IMG/VR virus record: IMGVR_UViG_3300019458_000021
Location: 62,001-126,000 of that record
Reading direction: 5' to 3' (one strand)
DNA length: 64,000 nucleotides
In this document: positions 54,362 to 62,522 of the stretch, in pieces
Layout of the letters: every line of letters starts with the position of its first letter
How positions within the stretch are numbered: position 1 is the first letter of the stretch
Made by a program: the position numbers and the translations under genes
Notes under the pieces: generated by a model
Databases searched by the model: none
What the model saw: the letters and a program-made list of their open reading frames with translations, nothing else
Told to the model about the DNA's origin: nothing

Positions 54362-55809
54362 ATGAACGAAATTTTTGAAAATTGGAGCGAAGTCAAGGAA
54401 GCGCTTCTTGATGGTCTTACTCCTCAACAGCGTACCGTAGTCGGTCCTGTTCTGGAAAACCAGAAAGAGTACCTCTTGGCAGAATCCGCAGCAGTAGGCG
54501 CTGTTCAGGCGCACGACATTGCTGGTTTCCGTAAGATCCTCATCCCGATGATCCGTCGTATTATCCCAGGCACAATCGCGACCGAAATCGTTGGTGTTCA
54601 GCCAATGCAAGGTCCAGTTGGACTGGTTTACACGATGCGTTACCGCTACGGCGAAACAGTCAACGTGCCAGGTGCACCAACAGCAGCAAACCCATGGTCA
54701 CCGAATCCAGTTGGTAACTTTGGTAACATCACGTCTGGTGATGAAATGTTTGGTAACAACCCAGTTCTTCGTCAGTTCTATTCTGGCGCAGCTGGTGCAG
54801 TCGTAGGTGATGGTGGTGCTAACCAGCCAGCTGGCGCATCCGGTATCACAAACGCAGCTGCAGATGAAGCCGACATTCAAGCTAACGCATCACGTGGTGC
54901 ATGGCCATCCAGCATCCCAGCATGGAACACATCATTGTTTGGTCCATACCCAGCTGTAGGTACAGACGCAATCGGCAAGCAGTATGCTGGTCGTCTCTTC
55001 GGTGGTTCTGGTTCCTTCATCGAAGGTTCCGGTGGTCGTGTGGTCAAGCTTGAAGTTGTGAGCCAGGCTGTTGAAGCAGGCACGCGTAAGCTTCAGGCAG
55101 GTTGGACAATTGAATCGATGCAGGACCTTAAGAGCCAGCACGGTCTCGACCTTGAGAACGAACTGACACAGGTTATCTCTGCAGAAATCGTTCAGGAACT
55201 CGACTCTGAAATTCTGACAGACCTTTTGGCTCTGGCAGGAACAGTCGGTACCTACGACTATGCAACGATCGGCCTTGGCCCACAGTACCAGCCAGCATAC
55301 CTTGGTGACCGTTTTGCAAACCTTGGTATTATCATCAACGCAGTTGCAAATGAAATTGCACGTAAGACCCGTCGTGGTCCAGGCAACTTCATCGTTGTAT
55401 CGCCAATGGTTGTTTCTATCCTTCAGAGCGCAGCAAAGTCAGTGTTCGCACCGGCAGTTGCTGGCAGCTTCAAGGGTCCTAACAACAGCATGTTGGTAGG
55501 TACACTCAACGGCACGATCAAGGTTTACAGCTACCTGTGGAACCAAGTATCAGGCCTCGCAGCTCAAACAAACGACGTCATCCTTGTTGGTTACAAGGGC
55601 GGCAACGGTGAGACAGACACTGGTTACTTCTACTGCCCATACATCCACTGATGTCAAGCGGTGTTGTTATCAACCCAGTAACGTTCCAGCCAGTTGTCTC
55701 CATGATGACACGTTATGGTAAGACAGCGTTTACCCAAACAGAAACATCGTTGGGTAATAGTGCAGACTACTATGGAAAGATCAATATGCTGAATTTCCAA
55801 TTCGCATAA
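54362..55809 (+). CDS. gp23: Major capsid protein (gp23-like); C-terminal 54 aa in the -1 frame
   Basis: LENQ..YL.E, LIPMIRR..P, VGVQPMQGP.GL.Y, RKLQAGWT.E..QDL...HG, EI..E.D.EI. The frame-0 stop is at 55651 (YCPYIH*), while the -1 frame continues PLMSSGV..NP.TFQP...MTRYG...YY..FA* to 55809. Confidence 0.95.
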
Positions 55810-55835
55810 ACAGTGGATCTTCACGAAGCAGCTAT

Positions 55836-55867
55836 AAAAATCCCCGTTTTTCGCCGGGGATTTTTTT
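55836..55867 (+). terminator. Intrinsic terminator after the capsid gene
   Basis: AAAAATCCCCG...CGGGGATTTTTTT, 26 nt after the -1 frame stop at 55809. Confidence 0.85.
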
Positions 55868-55941
55868 ATCAACTGGGAAACTCCGTGGATTACCCTTCCG
55901 ATATAGCGTATACTCAGAAATCTATAGGGAGAAAACACCAG

Positions 55942-56805
55942 ATGCCATTAGCAGGAGAAATCGATAGAACATATTCCGAACGTCTAACGGCAATCGGAAT
56001 CGAACTTCAAGAGAGTTTCAAAGGAACCAAAATAACACATCGTATGAAGTGTGTCAAATGTCAACACAAGTGGTCAGCGACACCTCTATCGAAGATTCAA
56101 TCCAATAAAAAACGTAAAGGAAACGGTTGTCCCAACTGCAATCTCGATCGGCAAATAGCAGAAAAGAAAGAATTACGTGCCAAAAATATCAAACTTCTTG
56201 AAGACAGAGGACTTGAGATTCTATCTGATTGGGATGGTAAACGTGTAGCAGATAAACATGATACACCAATATTCGTAACCGTTCGAAACAAAGTTTGTGG
56301 TCACACGTTTACTTCAGTGGCGAAGAACCTTCTCTCAAGAGGCATAACATGTGCAGTTTGCGGGAAAGAGGAACGAACGAAGAATATCAATGCCTGGTCA
56401 AAAGCAAACTCAGAAAAGTGGCGAGAAACAGCCGACCTGTGGTTGCAGTATCGCTCGAAAGTAATGTCGCTCACCCGTCAGAATTACAAAGCCCATAAGC
56501 AAGAAATCAATCCAAACAATCTTCCAACAGGCAAAGCTGGCACAGAAGGTGCGTATCAACTTGATCACATCGTGCCGATTCGATACTGTTTCGAGCACTA
56601 TATCCCTGCGGAAACTTGTGCTGATTGGTCCAACCTCCAGATGTTACCTTGGCAAGAAAATCTCTCTTCAAAAGCACACCTAAAAGAAGGAATTCCACCA
56701 ATCTTCGCTAAATATCAGCTTCAGAGGGTCCTCAATAAATATTGGCATGGACCTGTCATTCAAAGAATACCTGAAAAGCAAGGAACAGCTCAGACAAGCA
56801 ATTGA
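55942..56805 (+). CDS. Putative HNH homing endonuclease with Zn ribbons
   Basis: ATG 55942 after GGGAG; CVKC.H.W, CPNC, CGHTF, CAVC; LDHIVP...NLQML.W.EN. Confidence 0.8.
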   Translation: MPLAGEIDRTYSERLTAIGIELQESFKGTKITHRMKCVKCQHKWSATPLSKIQSNKKRKGNGCPNCNLDRQIAEKKELRAKNIKLLEDRGLEILSDWDGKRVADKHDTPIFVTVRNKVCGHTFTSVAKNLLSRGITCAVCGKEERTKNINAWSKANSEKWRETADLWLQYRSKVMSLTRQNYKAHKQEINPNNLPTGKAGTEGAYQLDHIVPIRYCFEHYIPAETCADWSNLQMLPWQENLSSKAHLKEGIPPIFAKYQLQRVLNKYWHGPVIQRIPEKQGTAQTSN

Positions 56806-57076
56806 GCAAACTCCGCGTGCAGTTGTTGAATATGAAGTTCGTAAATATTGCAGTATTGCTTTGGGTGAGAACAAAGAAGATCGTAAAATCGTTGGGTTGA
56901 AACCAAAACAAACGATCATTGTTGAATGGCGATATGATACAATCAGCAACCCAACGATTGTATCATTGAAATTCAAGAATGTTCAGGCGTTAGATGAGCA
57001 GGAAGAATTCCAGACATTCTGGAATTCTTCAAAACTCAAGAAATGGTTGGCTCGGCACACAAAAGAAGGACAATGA
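56747..57076 (+). CDS. Hypothetical late protein
   Basis: 109 aa; ATAAATA at 56735-56741; N-terminus MDLSFKEYL. Confidence 0.75.
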   Translation: MDLSFKEYLKSKEQLRQAIEQTPRAVVEYEVRKYCSIALGENKEDRKIVGLKPKQTIIVEWRYDTISNPTIVSLKFKNVQALDEQEEFQTFWNSSKLKKWLARHTKEGQ

Positions 57077-57077
57077 C

Positions 57078-57815
57078 ATGAAAAAGAAGACCCCAAAACA
57101 GCGTTGGAACAAAGCTGTTAACACGTACAAGAAAGTCAACCGAACCAACGTAACAGTCAAAGCAAAGCAGAAGCTGAAAGTTCCTCGGATGACAAAACTT
57201 GCTAAGATCATCAAACCACAAAACGCCTTCCGTGCGTTCAAACTCGTTCGTGAAGCAGATGAAACAATTAAAGCAAATGACATGCTGATTGAGAAGGCGG
57301 TTGTAACTTGGACTGTTCGCTTCGGTGATCGTGCTTCAATTGTTGTTGAAAATGTGATGAAGGTTCTCGGTGCTGTTCAAGCAAACATCAACGCAGGAAA
57401 AAATCCTTTGAGTATTGCACAGGGGAAGGAGCAAGACCTTGTTGACCTGCTTGCGGGCGCTCGAGCGCTACAAGCAACTGGCACAGGAAGCTCGGTGGCT
57501 CTACATTCATATATGCAACAAGTGGCTGGACAAAAGCAAGGACTGACACCGGAACAAGTTGAAATTGCAGCTGTGAAACAAGCCGGTCGTGGATCTCGTG
57601 TTTCTCCTGAAGTTCAACAACAATTGCAGCAACTTGCGCAAGCGATTCAGACGGGGGATGCGGCAGCAGTGGAAGCGATCAAGCGTCAGTTCCAGCAAAC
57701 GTTTTCATTCTATCAGCAGTTGCAACAACGCATGGCACCACAACAACAGACACCTGTACCAGCGCAGCGTCAACCTGTCATGCCTACGCAACGTCCGGCA
57801 CAACTACCACGTTGA
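57078..57815 (+). CDS. Hypothetical protein, basic N-terminus and Gln/Pro-rich C-terminus
   Basis: ATG 57078 after AAGGA; 245 aa. Confidence 0.7.
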   Translation: MKKKTPKQRWNKAVNTYKKVNRTNVTVKAKQKLKVPRMTKLAKIIKPQNAFRAFKLVREADETIKANDMLIEKAVVTWTVRFGDRASIVVENVMKVLGAVQANINAGKNPLSIAQGKEQDLVDLLAGARALQATGTGSSVALHSYMQQVAGQKQGLTPEQVEIAAVKQAGRGSRVSPEVQQQLQQLAQAIQTGDAAAVEAIKRQFQQTFSFYQQLQQRMAPQQQTPVPAQRQPVMPTQRPAQLPR

Positions 57816-57840
57816 TTTGCCCCTGAAAGCCTGTCATACT
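57812..57840 (+). promoter_or_regulatory. Sigma70-type promoter with downstream inverted repeat
   Basis: TTGATT-17 nt-CATACT; ATGACC-TCAG-GGTCAT at 57845-57860. Confidence 0.5.
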
Positions 57841-57883
57841 GGTCATGACCTCAGGGTCATTGATCAACATTAAGGGGACTCTT

Positions 57884-58126
57884 ATGAAATCAGCAATCGT
57901 TGTTGCTCTTGCAGCAGCTGTGTTCGCCGGTTCGGCAAATGCAGCGATTCTCGAGGGCGTGAAGGACGGATTCAAGCGCGACGTATACGTCAATGACACC
58001 TACAAGCAGCATGATGGTGTTGGCGGCGGTGGCAGTTCCGCTGGTAGCGCTGGTGCAGCGGCAGGTGGTTCAACTGGCGGTGGTTCAACTGGCGGCAACG
58101 GCGGTACGTGTGGCGGTGGTAAGTAA
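57884..58126 (+). CDS. Small exported Gly-rich peptide
   Basis: SD AAGGGG; signal peptide MKSAIVVALAAAVFAGSANA; C-terminal GGGGSSAGSAG...TCGGGK. Confidence 0.7.
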   Translation: MKSAIVVALAAAVFAGSANAAILEGVKDGFKRDVYVNDTYKQHDGVGGGGSSAGSAGAAAGGSTGGGSTGGNGGTCGGGK

Positions 58127-58151
58127 GTCAAAAACGTGCAAACATGAAGGT

Positions 58152-58184
58152 ACACCACGCGTGGGAAAACTCCACCCGTGGTGT
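58152..58184 (+). terminator. Stem-loop after the Gly-rich peptide gene
   Basis: ACACCACG-C-GTGG...CCAC-C-CGTGGTGT; weak U tail. Confidence 0.55.
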
Positions 58185-58234
58185 CGTTCTTGTGGAACGT
58201 GCTTAGGTTCGATTTTCAATACGAAACGATTCTG

Positions 58235-58263
58235 TTGACTCTTTAGTTGTACAAGTGTAGCAT
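58235..58263 (+). promoter_or_regulatory. Sigma70-type promoter
   Basis: TTGACT-17 nt-TAGCAT upstream of SD GGAGG and ATG 58292. Confidence 0.65.
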
Positions 58264-58291
58264 GCGACCACCTTAACAAATGGAGGTCAAA

Positions 58292-58858
58292 ATGCAAGCT
58301 CTTGATTATACAAGGTTCGAACACGGACTTCGTTCTTTTGTTCGACTGATTCCCCTGCGCCGCGACTCCACCCAAGCTAAGTACATCCAAGACGAATTCG
58401 ATCTGTTTTCTGCAATCGACTGTCTTGAGCAGTATCTAAACGAATCTGCTGAAATGTTCGGCAAACAGAAGTACCGCGATACGCCGTTCGATTTCTGTGA
58501 GGACATTCAACTCGACCTCGCCGAACTGTTCCTCAACCATGAAAACCAACAGAAAGCAGCTGTTCTTCGTAAGAAGAACCAGCCAATATACCACCTTGTT
58601 CTGTGCGTGATCCTCGATCTTCTTCGCACCTATCCGCATGGTGATGTCCTGATGCATGCACAGGAAATTTTCAAAGAAATTCGCGAGCGGATTGCGAACC
58701 ATAATTACGATGGTGGATACGACGACGCTCTCGTGATGCAAGAGATCATCTACAAGGAAATCCGTGAAAAGGAAGCCGCTCGCCAGGCGAAGATTGTCAA
58801 ACGTCGCAAGCGTCATGAGGCAATGCTTGAAGAAATTGTCGAGTTGTCGTTCGAATAA
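58292..58858 (+). CDS. Hypothetical early protein
   Basis: 188 aa with own promoter and terminator; helical with a basic C-terminal coiled coil. Confidence 0.75.
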   Translation: MQALDYTRFEHGLRSFVRLIPLRRDSTQAKYIQDEFDLFSAIDCLEQYLNESAEMFGKQKYRDTPFDFCEDIQLDLAELFLNHENQQKAAVLRKKNQPIYHLVLCVILDLLRTYPHGDVLMHAQEIFKEIRERIANHNYDGGYDDALVMQEIIYKEIREKEAARQAKIVKRRKRHEAMLEEIVELSFE

Positions 58859-58875
58859 CTCTTTCACCCTGCAAC

Positions 58876-58913
58876 AACAGCCGTGTTCCGAAAGGACACG
58901 GCTGTTTTGTTTT
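58876..58913 (+). terminator. Intrinsic terminator
   Basis: AACAGCCGTGTTCC-GAAA-GGACACGGCTGTT then TTGTTTT; ATAAATA follows at 58918-58924. Confidence 0.85.
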
Positions 58914-58945
58914 CCGGATAAATACAACTACATCAAGGAGAAAGC

Positions 58946-61900
58946 ATGAGTACTTTCGATATTAGCCACGACTCCCCTGGTTTGCTGCGCTTTGAAGCGC
59001 TCAACATGAGCCTTAAAGTCGAACGAACAAGTGAGACAACTGCTCGAATCAGCTGGAACATTCCAACTCCAGCAGCCGGCTGTACAGCTGATACCCAAGC
59101 ATATTGTGGTATTGTCATCACCGGCGACACAACAGCAATCAATGGAAGCAAGCTTCCAAAGAATGGTGTCGTGTACAATTCTGATCCAACAATGGACAAG
59201 AATTTATTTGCAGGTGACAAGATCGGAACATCGTTCGTTCTTGGCGCTTTCTATCAAGACAGAACAACAACATTTCTTGACGTGACAGGTCTGTTACCAA
59301 ACACACCGTTTTACGTTTCAGGATTCCCGGTTGATTGTGAGTACCGATACTTCTTTGAAGGCGTACATGGGTACTCGCTGGATTTCAAATCTGATGGAAC
59401 CGAACCAACACATGCAACACAAACAGTATTGCTTACAAAGCCAGACGGTACGGCAGGTGTTCTTCCAACAGATTACACAGGTTTGGTTCCAGGTGTAACG
59501 TACACGTTTACAGCTTCAGTTGGTGCAGGAAGCCTAGCGACACAACCACAAGTTCCTCTTCCGCCATCTGCGTGTGTGACAAAACCAACTGTGTACACAG
59601 TTACAATCAAAGGCGAAAATGCTCTTACATATCAAGATCTGATCGATGAGATCAATCGACAGTTCGGGATCTTGACAGGTTGCCCACAAAGTCCACAACC
59701 ACCAAACGCTGGTACGTATTTCTGGAATGTAGTAGCACAGAAACTGTACCTGTTTGACGGATTCCAGCTGATTGAACTCCCTGTGTACATTCAGCCAACG
59801 CCGCCAACGCTTGTTGCGATTGGCACATACTGGTACAACCCGGTTACGAAAATTCTCTATCAATGGGACGGCACACAATGGATCGTTCAGACGGTAATCG
59901 TCTATGCAACGGATCCAACACAACCGATCTGTGATCAATCAATCTGGTTTGACGGAACTGCCGTTCACTTGTGGAATGGAATTGCGTGGTGTGACACAAC
60001 TCTATACACATCGCCCGTCGATCCATCACAACAGAATCCAGCTCCGTGTGGAGCGTACTGGTATAAAGCATCAACAAAACAGATGTTCAAATGGAACGAC
60101 GCACTTGAGATCTGGATTGCCACACTCGTCATCAAAGCGACCCTTAATCCGAACGCCTTGCCAATTGGATTCTATTGGTTCAACTCTTCGAACAACACAT
60201 TGTATCAATGGAGCGGTGTTTCTTGGGTTGCTCAAGTAAACGTACGTATTCAAGAAACAACTCCGTTAATGCCTGGTCCTGGCACGTATTGGTACAATCC
60301 GCTGACAGAAGTCCTACAACAGTGGAATGGTGTTGCGTGGATTGTTTTGCCTGATGTAACAACGTTTGCAACTGATCCTCAGGACCGTAGTTCTTGTGAC
60401 TTATGGTGGGACCTAACTAACAACCTTCTCTATGTTTGGGATATTGTAAACGGTGTATGGAAAGAAGTAACGGTATTCTTTCAGCAAGAGGTTGATCCAA
60501 CAATTCCTCCTGACATAGTTGATGGATCGTATTGGCTGAACCCAACAACACTTGTAATCAACGTGTGGGTGAATGGCTGCTGGATAGAAACGCAGTACAT
60601 CTTTTTCCCGACTGATCCAACACAGATGGTCAATGGAACTGTGTGGTTCAATGGTACAGGTTGGTTCTACTGGGACGGCACGCAGTGGGTTCCATTTGTG
60701 CCGACAATCTCAGAAATCGATCCTTCGTTGATTGCAGCTGGAGCATACTGGTTCAACACCACAAACGATACGTTGAATTTGTGGAACGGTGCATTGTGGG
60801 TGAACCTGTTGTATGTAACAACACCTCCGACGCCTGTTAAGGGTGATTGCTGGTTCAATACGACAACTGGCAAGGTGATGGTTTGGGACGGTACGCAGTG
60901 GATTGATGGAACGCCTGTTGCTTCTGTTGAACTTGACTGTGACGGAAACTTACTGTTCACAGACACATCACACCTTGGCAGTGCATCGTACATTGCTGTT
61001 GACGGTCGTGTGTTGACGAATTCGTTGGTGTTTGGTTTCCCTGTGTGGGAGATTTCTTCAGCAGGTCCTGGAACGTTGTGGATGTCACTTGGAGCTCAAC
61101 CAACGTTCACAAATCCACAACCTGGCATGGACGGCATCTCCGGAGAACCAATGTATCGCCAACTCGGTATTGGCACCGATGGTTCGAGCGACGAGCGTTT
61201 GGCTCTTGCAACAGAAATTCGATTCCAGCTTGGTTATCCAGTTGTTGATGTTGAGTTGAGTAAGGAACAACTCGATTATTTCATCACGAAGGCCATTGAT
61301 GAACTCCGTCAGCGAGCTGGCATTGCATACCGTCGTGGTTTCTTCTTCATGCAAATCGCTCCAGAACATCAGCGATACATTCTGTCGAACACAGCAACTG
61401 GCTACAACAAGATTGTAAATCTCATGGGTGTTTATCGTCTGACATCAGCGTTCTTGAGTTCAGCACACGGTGCTGGAGTGTACGGACAGATTGTTCTTCA
61501 GCACTTGTATAATATGGGTACGTTTGATTTGTTGAGTTATCACATCATCTCCGAATACATCGAACTGATGGAGATTCTGTTTGCTGGTCGAATCACTTTC
61601 ACGTGGAATGAACAAAAACGTGAGCTTCACTTGCTTCACCGATTCCCATTTGCAGAACGTATGGTGCTGATTGAAGCAGCTGTAGAACGCACGGAACAAG
61701 ACCTGCTTTCTGACCGATTCACATTCCCGTGGATTCGTCGTTACGCTCTTGCGCAATCCCGTATTGCTCTAGCGGAAATTCGTGGTAAGTACAGCACCCT
61801 ACCTGGGGCAGGGGGTGGTGTAACACTCAACGCCTCCGATCTGCGCGCTGCCGGTGTAGAAGAAATCAATCTTTGCTTGCAGGATTTGGATAACTTTGTG

Positions 61901-61951
61901 ACAGACACGCCAGAGGAATTTGGCATGGCAGCATCGTTCATTTTGGGTTGA
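58946..61951 (+). CDS. gp13: Neck protein (gp13-like) with ~745-aa N-terminal repeat extension
   Basis: C-terminal ~250 aa: LGYPVVDVEL..EQL...I..A, WIRRYALA..RI.LAEIRGKY..LPG.GGGVTLN..DL...G.EE. Confidence 0.85.
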   Translation: MSTFDISHDSPGLLRFEALNMSLKVERTSETTARISWNIPTPAAGCTADTQAYCGIVITGDTTAINGSKLPKNGVVYNSDPTMDKNLFAGDKIGTSFVLGAFYQDRTTTFLDVTGLLPNTPFYVSGFPVDCEYRYFFEGVHGYSLDFKSDGTEPTHATQTVLLTKPDGTAGVLPTDYTGLVPGVTYTFTASVGAGSLATQPQVPLPPSACVTKPTVYTVTIKGENALTYQDLIDEINRQFGILTGCPQSPQPPNAGTYFWNVVAQKLYLFDGFQLIELPVYIQPTPPTLVAIGTYWYNPVTKILYQWDGTQWIVQTVIVYATDPTQPICDQSIWFDGTAVHLWNGIAWCDTTLYTSPVDPSQQNPAPCGAYWYKASTKQMFKWNDALEIWIATLVIKATLNPNALPIGFYWFNSSNNTLYQWSGVSWVAQVNVRIQETTPLMPGPGTYWYNPLTEVLQQWNGVAWIVLPDVTTFATDPQDRSSCDLWWDLTNNLLYVWDIVNGVWKEVTVFFQQEVDPTIPPDIVDGSYWLNPTTLVINVWVNGCWIETQYIFFPTDPTQMVNGTVWFNGTGWFYWDGTQWVPFVPTISEIDPSLIAAGAYWFNTTNDTLNLWNGALWVNLLYVTTPPTPVKGDCWFNTTTGKVMVWDGTQWIDGTPVASVELDCDGNLLFTDTSHLGSASYIAVDGRVLTNSLVFGFPVWEISSAGPGTLWMSLGAQPTFTNPQPGMDGISGEPMYRQLGIGTDGSSDERLALATEIRFQLGYPVVDVELSKEQLDYFITKAIDELRQRAGIAYRRGFFFMQIAPEHQRYILSNTATGYNKIVNLMGVYRLTSAFLSSAHGAGVYGQIVLQHLYNMGTFDLLSYHIISEYIELMEILFAGRITFTWNEQKRELHLLHRFPFAERMVLIEAAVERTEQDLLSDRFTFPWIRRYALAQSRIALAEIRGKYSTLPGAGGGVTLNASDLRAAGVEEINLCLQDLDNFVTDTPEEFGMAASFILG
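59711..60903 (+). repeat. About 11 Trp-rich protein repeats in the neck protein
   Basis: G.YW.N..T..L..W.G..W units, e.g. GTYWYNPVTKILYQWDGTQW, GFYWFNSSNNTLYQWSGVSW, GAYWFNTTNDTLNLWNGALW. Confidence 0.85.
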
Positions 61952-61954
61952 CCT

Positions 61955-62488
61955 TTGAAACTCAACACTCAAACATTCATTGAACGAGCGCGCCAGGTTC
62001 ACGGCAATCGCTATGATTATAGCAAAGTCGAGTACAAGCGCAGCACTGAAAAAGTCAAGATCTTTTGTCCCTTACATGGTGCGTTTTTACAAGCTCCGGA
62101 GAATCACGTTAACCAGAAGCAGCATTGTCCGAAGTGTGCCAATCTTCGTAAAGGAAAGCATGAACGATATAGTTTTCAATGGATGCAACAACGTCCGGAA
62201 CGTGCTTATGCACCTGCCTTGTTGTATGTTGTCGACGCTGGCGCTTACATTGAACTGGGAATAAAAACGACAAGCGTAATGCCTATGAAACACAAGCTGT
62301 TACACTTGCTTTACCTGTCTCTCAAAGATGCGTATCTGCTCCAGGACAAAATTGAAAAAGCACTTGAGAGTCATCGCCACGAGACGTATGATATTTACGC
62401 TGAAAAATCAAAGCGTTGGAACAACAAAAAACATGTACTCGAAACTCTGCAGGAAATTTTACCGAAACCCGAGTACCCTTATAAATAA
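61955..62488 (+). CDS. Putative homing endonuclease (one Zn-ribbon repeat), paralogue of 19064-19786, possibly degenerate
   Basis: FIERARQVHGNRYDYSKV...KVKIFCPLHGAFLQ.P.NH....CPKC; RPE...LYVV...ELGI; TTG start. Confidence 0.65.
   Translation: MKLNTQTFIERARQVHGNRYDYSKVEYKRSTEKVKIFCPLHGAFLQAPENHVNQKQHCPKCANLRKGKHERYSFQWMQQRPERAYAPALLYVVDAGAYIELGIKTTSVMPMKHKLLHLLYLSLKDAYLLQDKIEKALESHRHETYDIYAEKSKRWNNKKHVLETLQEILPKPEYPYK
62480..62487 (+). promoter_or_regulatory. Late promoter, perfect T4 consensus
   Basis: TATAAATA upstream of SD AAGGAG and ATG 62523. Confidence 0.75.
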
Positions 62489-62522
62489 GTCTGCAGTTCA
62501 TTTTATCTAAGGAGAAGAACTA

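Noticed and set aside
55813-55941. Longer GTG start for the HNH gene given by the ORF track
   Set aside because: It reads through the capsid terminator and lacks an SD; ATG 55942 has one.
55651-56805. Group I intron with HNH interrupting the capsid gene
   Set aside because: The missing capsid C-terminus follows immediately in the -1 frame and ends before a terminator; the HNH gene lies outside it.
59711-60903. Diversity-generating retroelement or invertible fibre cassette
   Set aside because: Repeats are diverged at DNA level; no reverse transcriptase, template/variable repeat pair or invertase is visible in the window.
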